Shown here: positions 23,775-36,119 of the stretch, one piece after another
Position numbering within the stretch: position 1 is the stretch's first letter
Layout: every line of letters begins with the position of its first letter
DNA from: Eutreptiella sp. 'Long Island Sound 2002'
Lineage: Eukaryota; Protista; Euglenida
Assembly: GCA_964036045.1 (NCBI GenBank)
Contig: OZ038378.1
Location: 175,460,001-175,524,000, forward strand
Length of the DNA stretch: 64,000 nt
Direction of reading: 5' to 3'
Notes under the pieces: model-generated
What the model was told of the DNA's origin: nothing
Seen by the model: only the letters and a program-made list of their open reading frames with translations
Databases searched by the model: none
Program-made: the position numbers and the translations under genes

Positions 23775-26700
23775 ACCGGGGCTGGACGGCCGCATGTGCG
23801 GGACGGGCGCGGTGGCGTTGGGCAGGAGGCAGCGCCTTCTGTTGGAGTCGAGTCCTGTTGTATTGTGCGCAAGGGGACGCGTGTTGTGGAGTGCCGGCCT
23901 GGCGAGTTACCGACGGCGGTTGGCGTCAATCGACGGCGGCTGGCGGACGGCGGCCGCTGATATGAGCGCCGGTGGTGGTTTGGCGACGGCAGTTGTTAGC
24001 CGGTGGCGTTGGGAGTGACGGCAGTTGGGAGGTAATTGTGTGGGAATCGCGGTGCCGGAGGTCTTTTATTATTTTTTGTCAGAGAACGCGCTGGTGGAGT
24101 GGGAGGATGGGCGGTGCAGTGTTGGCAGGCCCCGAGCGACTGTTGCGGCGTCTCCCGCCTCCCTCAGCCATTACCGCCTCACGAGCTCACCTCGGGCGGT
24201 CGGCGCTCAGGTACCCCAGCCCTGGTTTGGCCTGCCGCCCTGCCCATTATGAGTCCCGTGTAGTGTCACTGCACCGCGGCACATCCATCTTATCAGAGGG
24301 GGTGGGAGGGGGGGGGGTCGATGGAACCTCAACCTTCAACGCCCTTTCGGCACGGCATCGGTGGGTGGGTCTAGCGGGGCAAACTGGTTTTGGGGTTCTT
24401 GGTCCATACGCCAAATCGACATCTTTTGAGGCGCTGATTGTGCAGCTCGTGCGTGGGCCTGCGGGCGTCACGTTTTCTGTTCAATTTCCACAGAGCGTCG
24501 CTGGTCTTGTCGACGTGCGCTGCGAGTCTGCCGTGCCCCGCAGTGTTGTTGCCCTTGCGCCCCCCCCCCCCCCCTCCACCCATGCAATGCCGCCTCGGCA
24601 GCCCACTTCGCCGCGGCCTCGGATGCCACCGGGAGCCCTTCTGCCACGGCAGGGGGTAGGCCCGCGGGCGGGCGTGGCCAAAGGTCCGATGGTCCGTAGT
24701 CGTGCATGTGTTGTCCGTGTCAAATTCGGCCCCGGTGCCGACGCGTGAGGGCGTGTCGTTGTTGTTCTTCTGTTTGCTGCAGCGCGGCCTGGGGCCTTCC
24801 TCCCGAGCCGATGGCTGGTCCTTTCACAGCCTCGGAGGGCGGCCTTGCGCCACACCTGTGCCCTGGGGCATGGGAAGGGAGTAGCTGTGGTTGTGTATGT
24901 CGGCGATGTGTCATCGTGCGCAAACAAGGAGCTGCGTGTGACGGTAAGTGGGGCTTGATATTTGAGTACAATATCTGCGCTGATTTGCAGGTGGTACAAT
25001 GAGCCCTGGTGTGCGTGTGCGCGCGCGCGCGCGCCCGCGTTCGTACCTGCGCGTGCGTGTGCGCGCGTGTGCGTTTGCGTGTGCGTGTACGTGCTGCAGA
25101 GCCGTGTTTGGCGGGGAACGGGTTTTGGGGTGGTCACTGCTGAGATGAGATGGAGCGGTGCCAATCCCTTTGTTGTGTGCTGGGCTGTCGGGGGCGCTGT
25201 ACCGGTTCTTCATCCCATGACAAACTCCCCGCATGGCCGTTTGACGATTTTCCTTGTGTCTCCGCTGCGCTGATGGCGGTTTCGCCTGCGGGGCTGCGCA
25301 GGCCGGTCTGTCTCTCTTTTCTGGCATGGGAAAAGCCACTCCTGCGGGGATTCAAAGAGTGTTTGGGACTGTTTGGGTGCTGTTCGGTGTGCGTCAGGTG
25401 CGTGTCGGATGCTGCCCGCGTGTGACAGCCGCACTGTGCGGTTTTGCAGTGCATACACTGCGCTGTGGGCCCTGTATATAGCACACACTACACCGTGGGC
25501 CCTTTATGCAGAGTATCCACTGCACTGTGGTATTTTGGTGTGGCAAACGTTGTGGTAAACGGGCGTTGTTTGAGGGCAGTGCAAGTCGTTGGATCCTGGG
25601 GAACAGCATCTTCATGGCGCTTGAAAGGTAATGTGCACCTGCCTCCGTGTTCAGTGTGTTGGGCACGCTAGTCTTCCCGGTGGAGTCCGCTCAACCGAGG
25701 GCCAGATCGATCCCCCAAGCCCCTGCAGTTCGACATACCCAATCGAAGTCTGAGGCGAGGCTGGATCAGACCGCGCAGTACTCTTTGCCCAGGGCATCAG
25801 CCATGCTTTGCATCGCGTGACTGGAGATGATGGGGTCTGCCATGTGCAATGAAAAAGCACCGCAAGTCCAAGTGGTCTGCACGGACTGCTCGCCTTGTCT
25901 GGTGGTAGTATGCCGTTTGAGTGAGTATGGACCTCATTACCAGCCTGTGTGTGCCTCTGTGTGCCTGTCTGTATGAGAGTGTATGTGTGGGTGGGTGGGT
26001 GGATGGAAATGCTTCTGTGAAGGCTCCCCATAAATCAGGCCCCGGTGCTGACAATGGGTGATGGGGTATGTTTGCTTTTTACTGTTTACTATCCTGCTTG
26101 TGCACAGTGTGGGGTGTTGCTTTTCTCCCACGCTGATTTTCTCTGAAGGGTTGTCTGTTCACAGCGCAGTCCAAGTGGTGGAAATTCCATGGATGTCGGA
26201 GGCGGCCTTGTGCGGCCCCAAGTGTGAGAGGGTGGTCACCAACACGAAGGGGACGGGGGGGCAAAGGCCTATGCATTTCTGGAGTGACTTAAAACGTCCA
26301 GAAGTTGGTGATGCTTTGCGTCCAGACAGTGTACGGCGGCAGGGGCTTTGCTCATAATTTTCAGGCTGGTGAAGCACGGCGCAGGAACACCGGGCCTGCA
26401 GTCGTGGAGTGCGGGACGAAGAGGGCACGACTTCAAGGCCCCCAGGAAGGAGGCCCATGTTAATGCATTTGTCCAATGAGGGAAGAGTATTATGTGGAGG
26501 ACGGGTTGGTGGGTCAGAAAGATAGCAGGTAGTAGGACGTAGAGATGCTTTTTTTGTTCCCCTGTGTTGCGGGACCCCACAGCCTCCCAAGGATGGAGCC
26601 CCTGCGTAGTGTCTCAGTGCAGGTTCCCCTTCGGTCGAAACGGGGATGAGACGGTTGGTGCAATGCGATGAGCCCCGAACGCACAGAAATCCCTATATTC

Positions 26701-28833
26701 TGGCCCAGCAGATGTGGTGTTCCTTGAGCAAAGCCGGACGCACTCCGCTTGCGGCCCGCTCGCTGCACGCACCCCAACCACCTTGTCTGGATCGGATGGT
26801 GTATCGGGACCGTGGGGTTGGGAGTCTGGATCCAGAAGATCAGATGGCCACGTTGTGCCATGAGGAACTGGTCCTGCACGTGTCCCAAGCTGATGGTGGC
26901 CCAACGCCAGTGTTACATTCCATTTTCCAGCCCAGCAGCTCTGTGGCTGAAGGCTTTTGGGACAGAGGTTTCCGTTGGGGGGGGGGGGGGCGATATGTTT
27001 TCCGTAAGGTCAAAGAAAGTCCAGGGACCCGTTTGGCGTGCGTCAGGATTAACCGACGGTGGTTGGGTGGTTTACTGACGGTGGTCGGCGGTCAGCAGAC
27101 GTTTGTTGGTGGTCAACCGCTGGGAGTTGGTGCACCAAATATTATGGCACAAAACTCCTGTTTAAGGGAGAATGAATCAAGGGAACACGTTTTATCTTTT
27201 TTCCCATTCCTGCGCCGCATGGTCTCCCTGCCCGGATATGGTATCATTTTCGGTTTCAATCAACCGACCCTGTCCACAGCACTTTGTTTTGAAGAAGGAG
27301 AAAAGAAATATCTATCATTTGTAGATAAAAGTGTGCTTTTCATTGTGGGCCTGCAGTCACCCCCTGCACACCCGGTGGGCCCTGGAATGGGGCCTTTGAG
27401 AATTTTCTATTTGCAATATTTGCAGGTTTTCGCAAACTGCGGATTCTGGTGGGTATACATGTGCACGGCCATGCGCACGTGTTTTTTGCTGTCGGTTGTG
27501 CATGCAGGCGCCCCAACCACTCTTTCAAAGGAGTTTTTGATTAATCGGTTATGAATACTAGAGGTGAACGAGGAGTATAGAGGCAGGGAAAGGTAAATTT
27601 AGGTAGTCAGGATCTTTTGATATGTGTGAAGGGTGCTGGTCGAGACTGTGTCATTGATTGAGCACCGAATTGAGGCATTCTGCTCTGTGTGATTCCATCA
27701 GCACTGACTTCATTTGCTTTGTGTGTGTGTGTGTGTGTGTGTGCATTGATGGGCAGAATGGGCTGCAGGTGTGCCTCAAGTTTCGGTCATCGGTTCAGTT
27801 TACATCTCCCACTCTTTGTCCCAGACCCCTCCCCCTTTGTCGAAGCCACACCTTAGCATTAATTGGGTTTTTGGCTTGCAGGTACGCTATGCCTGGTCGA
27901 AGCCTGCTCTATGACTAGAAAGGGTGACCGTGTGCCACAAAGGTTGTCCATTCTGTCCATCTAAAGGACCAGCCTTCCTGCAATAAAATAGGTCCCACAT
28001 AAGGACCCGCCCGCCCCACTTGGTTGTGACACACAACATGTCCTTGCTGTTTTGGTCATCTCAAGTCAGGGTCCAGGAGTCAAATTTCAGGGCTAAGCAC
28101 TTGGGTAGGCCGTTGCATTGTATTACTCTCCCTGTACAGCATAAAGTAGGGGTACGTGACGTATTTCTTTGGGGCTGTTGTGTGGGTTAGATGGGGGACG
28201 ATCAACCATGTGAGGCAATGAAGAAGCAAACAAATTTAAGTGCTGTGGGCGGAAAATTGGAGCGGCTGTTAGAGTTGGTATTCACTGATGGTTCGTTTTA
28301 ACACGTGTTGGTCGGTCAAACCAGGCCGATTTTTGTGGTTGTGGTGCAAAAAAAAAATGTGGATCTCTGAAGATTCCCATGGTGTGGTGCTGTGCGACAC
28401 TGGAATGAGGCTTGGGTCTGCAATAGGCTGGGAAGGGCACCAAGTGCTGCAGTTTGTGTTGCTACGTGTTCTGCAGAACATGTACACCTTTCGTTTCCAT
28501 TGAAAGGACCACACCTGTGCAGCATTTCACATGCTGCATCAGATTGTAGCCATAAGTGAGCAGTCCCTGCAGGTGACACGCGGCTAGACCTACCAGAGCC
28601 CACAAAAACGAAGGTCACGTCCGACCACACACCCCCTCGCAAGGGTACACAAAGACGTCCACTGCCCTGACGTTGATCGAAATGGGTTTTGTTTTGCTGC
28701 AGCGAGAGCATTGGCTGTACAGGCATGTACCTACGTGTGACCGACACGCCACATACCACAACTGGCCGCCATTCAGCTGCCAAGCTACGATATTGCACAG
28801 TTTGTTCAGGAATTTTTCGAGTATTTCCCCTGA

Positions 28834-30039
28834 GGGGGCCCGCCAGATTTAACCGGACTTGGGTTCGGCGGACCTTCGGCTGGCAGATCGGCCGGCCGAA
28901 AGTCCGGCCGGACCTTCGGCTGGCAGATCAGCCGGCCGAAAGTCCGGTTCAATCCGTCACCCCCCCGTTTTGTCATACCCCCCCCCCCCCCCCACCACAG
29001 GAGTCATGATATTTAAGGGGCCACAGGCAAGGCGGTACACACATAAGGCGGTGCACACACAAGGCAGAACACACAAAAGGCGGTCTGTGGCCACCGCAGG
29101 AGTCATGTTATTCAAGGGGCCACAGGCAAGGCGGTACACATAGAAGGCGGTGCACACACAAGGCGGTGCACACAAGGCTGAACACACAAAAGGCGGTCTG
29201 TAGCCACCACACGAGTCATGTTATTCAAGGGGCCACAGGCAAGGCGGTACACATAGAAGGCGGTGCACACACAAGGCGGAACACACAAAAGGCGGTCTGT
29301 GGCCACCGCAGGAGTCATGTTATTTAAGGGGCCCGAGGCAAGGCGGTACACAACGAAGGCGGTGCACACACAAGGCGGAACACACAAAAGGCGGTCTGTG
29401 GCCACCGCAGGAGTCTTGTTTTTTAAGGGGCCACAGGCAAGGCGGTACACATAGAAGGTGGTGCACACACAAGGCGGAACACACAAAAGGCGGTCTGTAG
29501 CCACCGCACGAGTCATGTTATTTAAGGGGCCACAGGCAAGGCGGTACATACGGAACGCGGTGCACACACAAGGCGGTGCACACACAAGGCGGAACACACA
29601 AAAAGCGGTCTGTGGCCACCGCAGGAGTCATGTTATTTAAGGGGCCACAGGCAAGGTGGTACACACAGAAGGCGGTGCACACACAGGGCGGTGCACACAA
29701 GGCTGAACACACACAAGGCGGTCTATGGCCACCGCAGGAGTCTTGTTATTACTATAGGGGGGGGGGGGGGGTTATTAGTATACGGGGGTATTAATACAAG
29801 GGGGGGGTGACGGATTAAACCGGGCTTTCGGCCGGCCGATTTAGTCGGCCGGACTTTCGGCCGGCCGAGCCGGCCGGCCAAGGGTCCAGCCGGACTTTCG
29901 GCCGTTTTTTCGGCCGAAAAAAGGGCGGGGTGACGGATTAAACCGGACTTTCGGCCGGCCGAAAGTCCGCTGAGCCGATAAGTCCGCCGAGCCGATAAGT
30001 CCGCCGAACCCCAAGTCTGGTTTAATCCAGTGAGCTCCC
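28834..30039. mobile_element. Non-autonomous PIF/Harbinger-like element with long imperfect TIRs and TGA TSD
   Basis: TGA at 28831-33 and 30040-42; left GGGGGCCCGCCAGATTTAACCGGACTTGGGTTCGGCGGAC is about the reverse complement of right GTCCGCCGAACCCCAAGTCTGGTTTAATCCAGTGAGCTCCC; superfamily inferred from GGG termini and 3-bp TSD. Confidence 0.7.
29001..29750. repeat. Minisatellite, 7 copies plus a partial copy of a 99/113-115 bp unit
   Basis: GAGTCATGTTATT.AAGGGGCCACAGGCAAGGCGG restarts at 29001, 29100, 29213, 29312, 29411, 29510, 29625, 29738. Confidence 0.92.
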
Positions 30040-31231
30040 TGAGGAATTGTGGTCACACCTGCTTTCTTTCCGCCGCTACAAGTGAGCCAAAACGACATCT
30101 GCCACAAGCCATTGCAGACTAAGCATTCTGTTTTCCCAAACATGGAAAGTGGCGTGATGATCCTGAGCGGTCACCTACAAGTGTTTTGCATGTGCTTCAT
30201 GCTGCGTTGCTGTTTCACTGTCGTGCCATAGTCCTTACAGCGCTTTGCAACACTGGGAAATTCTATTGGTGCTTGTTCTGCAGAATACACACTGTTTGCA
30301 GACCCCTAGTAGCAGAACCCCTACTGTGCAGCTTTTTGACGAGCAATGTGAAGTGTTGCCTGACTACCATTTGTGATTTGTCTCTGATTGCAAAAGGGTG
30401 TTAGAGTGAAGCATTGTCTGTGTGACACAGAGTAATGTGCCTCTCTACACAGGCTCTTGTTGGTGCAAGATGCACTGTGTCATTGTGTTCCCAGCAACCA
30501 CTGAGAACAGTTGAGCGTTTCGTACAACATTATGGGACACCTCAGTCAGGTTCCTCTTTGGTAGCACCATGCCATGCGCCTCTTGTGTCCCTCTGTCACT
30601 TGTGCTGACACTCGAAACATGGAAAAATGGTAAAATGTTCCTTTTTCGACCCCCCCCCCCCCCGCATCAGAAGCTGGGTGAATGCACGTTCCATTTGGGT
30701 GCAATTGAGGTATTCCTCCTGGGGGCGTGCTGTGACACCTGCTTTATTGCCACCACTACAAGTGGACCCAACGGACCACTGACACACACCCATTTTGGAC
30801 AACCCACTCTGATGGCCCAACTCTCAAAAGTGGCCTGCTTTGATCGACCTAGCCGGTGAAAGGTTGGGATCCAGCAGCGTGTGGAGGGTACTATGGCAAG
30901 GACACCAGAGACTGTTGGATGTTTTCTTCCTTTGGCAGTCTAACAACAGTGGAACTCAATGTAGTGGTGCAAGTGGTGAAGGGTAGAGCCTTGTTTGTGG
31001 ATGCAGAGACTGTGCATTAGGATGGTTGAATGAGCATCGATGTGGTCCACCCCAGAGGCTTTCAGCCTCATCAAATGGGGCCCAAGCAGCTTTCAACGTG
31101 GTCTCAGGGGCTTTCAACCTGCAGGAAGCCAAAAAGTAGGTCATGGACCCAAAAGAAAACTCGCGAGGGGATTTGGGTGCATGCCCGGGGGGCGACTCCG
31201 CGGGTCCTAGGACACCAACCACCCCCCCCCC

Positions 31232-32245
31232 CTCGGGTGTTTTTTGGCGACCACCGCGACACGGCGGGATACATCTCCCTCGGGGAGGAACAAACCAACA
31301 ACCGCGGGGAGCTACGGGTGGCTCTCCGCAGTCTGCAGGGGCACAGGGAAGGGTATCAATCCCAGATCTGTCCTGACTCGCTGGTGGTGGTCAATGGAGT
31401 ACTAGGCTGGGCACAACGATGGCGCAGGCATGGATGGCAAAACAAATCAGGGGCAGTGGCACACGTGGACCTGTGGACACAAATACTCCACGTGGTCGAA
31501 AAACCGGCGGAGGCCATGAAGTGGCTTCATGTCCCCTCCCACATCGGCATAAGGGGCAATGGACAGGCGGACCACCTGGCGGATGTAGGAAGATGCCGCT
31601 CCCCTGCTTTTTGGGCTCATCTCCATCCCCCCCCCCCCCCACACCAAAAGACGAGGAATCAGACCACGAGCAGGAAGAGTCCATTTGGGGGTGGGAGGAG
31701 GAATGTATCTCGCAGCCAACGTTAGCGCCCAGTGCGGGTATGGATGTAGACACCCCACCGGGATCCCAGCAGGGAACGCCGGCCAAGCCAAGGTCACCAC
31801 CGCCAACCCCGTTGGGGGACATTGAAATCTGCACGCCGATATAGGTAAGCAAGAAGCCCCGGTTACAAACGCCAGGGTCCACCATCCCCTGGCGCGGTGT
31901 GAAACCGCCAGGGGCTAGCGGGGCAGACCGAACGCCCGCAACACGTGGGCGGCACCCCACCCCCCATCGAGTGGGCCCGGTACGCACGACGTTCTGGACG
32001 CCACAACCGAACTCACCACTATCTCCGCAGGCATCCGTCCAGCTACTAGCATCGTTGGAGCTGGTGGCAATGGAGGGCGAATCCCCCCTTACCCCCCCGC
32101 AGCCTGAATTTTTCAGACTCGTCACAGGAGACCCGCTCAGACGGATCCGCGCCGGCCTCTCCCTCCACGGCTTCCACGCTGTCATGTAGCACGGAAGGAT
32201 CGCGCTGCCAAACCCCCTGAATGTTGTGTGTACTGCGTGCACTAA
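31232..32245 (+). mobile_element. 5'-truncated non-LTR retrotransposon fragment (RNase H and 3' tail)
   Basis: QTNNRGEL...PDS...WAQRWRRHGW...VAHVDLW...WLHVPSHIGIRGNGQADHLA, then an acidic tail; homologous to the RNase H domains at about 38.2 kb and 44.5 kb. Confidence 0.85.
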
Positions 32246-32795
32246 CCTTAGTCAAGCCAATGCCCATAGGTAACCCCACCCCTAGGAACGCCCCCCATCA
32301 AGTGACAGAGCTGGGTAAATGGCAAGAGACATAGACGGCCCAATGGCGAGAGCGGTAGTCTTCAGTCGTCCAGTGTGGGGGTTCGAAACCCGGGGGCTGC
32401 TGCTCCTGGGTCCCCTGCACGTAGAGCTCTCTAGTGGGCATCGTTGGAACCACCCACCCCTACAACCGCCCGTGCCACCACCGGTACCGGCGGATCAGGT
32501 GGAGGTCTCGTCTGTTTTTACTCCTAGGAACCCCCACGCCCCAAAAAGAAAATACATTGTGGCACCACACACCTGTAGCAGCGCGCGCCGCCACATGTAC
32601 TCGAAGGGATTGATCGGAGGTCCCACCCGTAGACGGACGGCAACGGGGCTCGAACTGGCGCCACCACAGCCGGCGCCGGGTGCACCACCGCTCGGACAGC
32701 GGCCGCCACAGATGGCATATGCGCCACCCCCAGTGAACGGCATGTGGTATCCCCCCCCCCCTCCCTGAATGTTGTGTGTTGTGTGTGCGCTAATT
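32246..32795 (+). mobile_element. SINE-like element with an internal tRNA-derived segment (about 32335-32395)
   Basis: A-box-like CGGCCCAATGG and B-box GGTTCGAAACC; CCCTGAATGTTGTGTGT at 32215-32231 and 32763-32779. Confidence 0.55.
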
Positions 32796-33100
32796 TTAAA
32801 CGGACCTGTACCCACTGGGTTTTTCAACCTGAGACCCCCACAACCGACCAAGTGTGGCCAGACGGGGCCAGCTACTATAGCAGCACGGGGAGGGAGTGAC
32901 CCCTGACCAGCATGTACGCCTAACCCACTAGAGCCCGGACAGCTAAAGTGGTCAGCGGAGGTAGGGTCGAGGGATGAACACCAGTTCGCCGGACACTCAA
33001 CGGACGCGCCATGAGTTGGCAAGATGGACAGAAGGCGATGGCAGTCGCGGGGCAGGCGCGGCCAGAGCCTAATGCGGACACTGCAACCTGACCATATTGA

Positions 33101-33834
33101 GGGGGCGCCTTAAGCGCAGTGCGCGCGCAATGCAACTATTTGGGCGTCTGGCCGTACTGGAGACCCATGCTTTGAGATACTAGGGGCATCATTGTTGCCC
33201 CGTGGCGTAGGTTTTGATGCTTTTTCCACATTGGGGATATGGCATTTTTGGATTTTCACCCATTTTCACCCATTTCCACCTTTTTTCACACTTTTTTGCT
33301 CATCTCCACCACATCCACTCTTTTCTAGGAGGGAGTGTAAGTATGGGCATGATGAGATACTTCCACGCGAACATTTGTTCTGCTTCTTTTTCTTCCCTAA
33401 GCACACTCCACCTCATAGTTGTGCTCATCTCCTCTTTGGAGCAACAGGGTGCTCTAAGGAGGCTTGGTGGGCAAGTGTGCATCGTGTTCGTTCTTACTTG
33501 AATGGTGTTGTCGCTGAAATTCGATGGGCGGAAAGATTGTCGGAGTGGAACCACGTCCCACACTTTCCTTATTTTGTGACGCATTACGTGGATAGCATGC
33601 CCATTGCGTCCATAGGAGGCATCCTTTGTGATGTCCTATTTAATCCTAAATATGCCGGGGGCGTATATAAAGTTGCTGTTGCCATTGACAGCCTTGGCAA
33701 CATCGTGTGGATTTGTGGGGCAGTTTGGGTCGGCTAATTCTAAGGGTGTTTCCAATGGGTGTGCCTGGGGGCTCTTCGGGGGGAACATAGTCTAAAAGTA
33801 GCGCGCAGTGCGCGCGCAGTGCAAGGATTCCCCC
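33101..33834 (+). mobile_element. PIF/Harbinger-like deletion derivative with a transposase fragment
   Basis: TSD TGA (33098-100, 33835-37); termini GGGGGCGCCTT...AAGGATTCCCCC; internal frame HFPYFVTHYVDSMPI...FNPKYAGGVYKVAVAIDSLGNIVWICG resembles DDE_Tnp_4 (Harbinger/IS5-like) transposases. Confidence 0.7.
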
Positions 33835-34150
33835 TGAGGCCCCTAGGGGGCCTCCGGCCAACAGTTAGTTGTCGCAGGTGCCGGCCTAAGGAGTCCATGG
33901 GCGCCAAAGGCGCCCGATGGTCCACAAGCACCAGAACCACATGTTTATATATACTCATTGCCTGGAGCGCCACATCGTGCAAGACGAGGCACTATAGACG
34001 GCTCCTCCCTTGTGGCCCCCCTTCTAACCGTGTGTGTTTGGGGGCTCCCTCGGTGATATGGATAGGCCCCTTTCCGGTTGGGGATCTGTCTTGGTCCTAG
34101 GTCCTAACTCAACGAGATGTCGAAGATATTCAAGATTCGTGGGCGATTCG

Positions 34151-34883
34151 GGGGGCGCCTTAAGCGCAGTGCGCGTGCAGTGCGCGCGCAGTGCAACTAT
34201 TTTGGCGCTCGGCCGTAGTAGAAACCCATACTTTGTGGTACTTTGGGCATCATTGTTGGTTGGTAGTAGGTTCTGATGCATTGGGAATGTGGCATTTTTG
34301 AATACTCACCCTGTTTCACCCATTTCTACTTTTTTGCTCACATTTTTTGCCCGGTTCCACCACATCTACTCTTTTTCTCGGTTGATTGATATGGTGATAC
34401 ACTTTGAGGGTGCCTGCTACAGGACATCATACTTCCCTCCTCATTTCTCAAGCCCATTGTCTCCATGGATCTCAGTATTGGGGATAGGGTGTTATACACC
34501 CGCTCCAATGGCCTGCGACCTCCTGCCACGGTGGTTGGGACGGCTGAAGACGGACTCCTCCACTTGGAATACTACCAAGATGGGTTGAGAGTGGTGAATC
34601 GGCAATGCAAGATGGAGTCCATCTCCTTGGCCATCCCAAGTTCAGATTCGCCACCTGATTGCCCTCCATCTCCGCTGCCCAACACACAATCAAGTTCCCC
34701 CCCAAAGGCCCCTGGTCCTTCACCATGCCACAAGAACCGGGAAGGTCCCCCTCAAGGTCCCCTCCAGTCCAGATTGGGTCGCCTAATTCTAAGGGTATCT
34801 CCGAGGGGCGTGCCTAGGGGCTCTTCGTGGGGAACATAGTCTAAAAGTAGCGCGCAGTGCACGCGCAGTGCAAGGAGTCCCCC
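34151..34883 (+). mobile_element. Second copy of the same Harbinger-like family with a different interior
   Basis: TSD TCG (34148-50, 34884-86); both ends homologous to 33101-33834; interior ORF 34465-34839. Confidence 0.7.
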
Positions 34884-35156
34884 TCGGGGACCTGAGAATC
34901 TGCTAAACTCAGTAGAACGAAACCCCATGGGGGCTTGTAACAGTGCTTTGAGTGCCAACGCGGGCAAGACGAGGCACTATATCAATGTGGTTTGTTGCTC
35001 ATTGCTCATTGAAGATCCCGCCGTGGAGCTCAGCCCCGGCTCGATGCGGTGGCCCCCAGGGGTGAACACCGATGGTTACATAGTACGTTCACTCCCTCCT
35101 TATGCTCCTCGACTGTTGGGGCTGAGGTCACCCCCACCACACCCACACTTCAGTGT

Positions 35157-35268
35157 GGCCCCTTTCCAGTTGGGGATATGGACTGGCCCCTTTCTAGTTG
35201 GGGATATGGACTGGCCCCTTTCCGGTTGGGGATCTGGACCGGCCCCTTTCCAGCTGGGGATATGGACT
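35157..35268. repeat. 28-bp tandem repeat x4
   Basis: GGCCCCTTTCCAGTTGGGGATATGGACT, period 28, no spacers; a further partial copy near 34066. Confidence 0.9.
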
Positions 35269-36119
35269 GTAAAGACAATCAACAATCTTCTTTTGTGTTG
35301 CATATTTGCCTCATGCTATGTCGAGTTGCGGCCAAGGATTTCCACGCTTCGGTGTTGCCCCTACATGCATCACGTTTTCTTGCGCTTTTTTAGTCAAGTG
35401 CTCCACAGGGTGGTCCCCCTTGCAAAAATTTTGCCAGCCCGCACAGTGCCCAAACCCAAACCTGTGTGTGCTTGGTCTCAGGCCCTCCCCTTCTTAGGTC
35501 GATCTGTAGAAAGTTCCAAGGAGCCACTCTTGGTCTCAGGCCCTTCCCTTCCCTTCCTCGAAATGTTTGGGGAGGAGGCTTGTGCAAGTGTGGTGTAAGT
35601 GGGGAGGGGTGATGTACCGTCATGGCGTGTGGTTTGAGGCCACCACCCCGAGTTGCTATGGCTACACTTATGCACTTGCATTCCAATCCCTATATTTATG
35701 TATGTCTTGTGCCATTGTGTAACACTAATTCCCAGTGTGGCTGGGAATACCCAAGCCGATGATGCCCTAGCCTCTATTGGGGCAAGGGGCGGTGCAAACT
35801 GTCGGATTGCGCCGGGCCTGCATGCCCAACTGTTCGGAGGTGCCCGACCCCCCCCCCCTGGGCAAAAGCCCCCCGGACCCCCCCCCCCCTTCACCCATCC
35901 CTGCCCCCCCTCCCAGCCCCCCCCCCCCCCACAACCAAAACACGTTCGGGCCCACAGAGGGTCAGAATGAGCAGTGGCGAGAGGCCAATAGGCGCCGCCA
36001 AAGGCAAACAATCATCTACAGAGGCTTTGTGCCACCCCCCCCCCCCCTCTCAGGAGGCCCTTGGCCAATGGTTAGTGGGGGGGTAGTTGGCATCCAAAAC
36101 CTACCCCCCCCCCCATGGC

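Noticed and set aside
24860-24943. P-type ATPase similarity (GKGVAVVVYVGD)
   Set aside because: A short motif only; no other P-type ATPase motifs (DKTGT, TGES) were seen.
29001-29750. CRISPR-like or coding repeat array
   Set aside because: The whole unit is repeated with no spacers; the ORFs across it are short and have stops at irregular positions.
35157-35268. CRISPR-like 28-bp palindromic repeats
   Set aside because: The repeats are contiguous with no unique spacers, there are no cas genes, and the context is eukaryotic.
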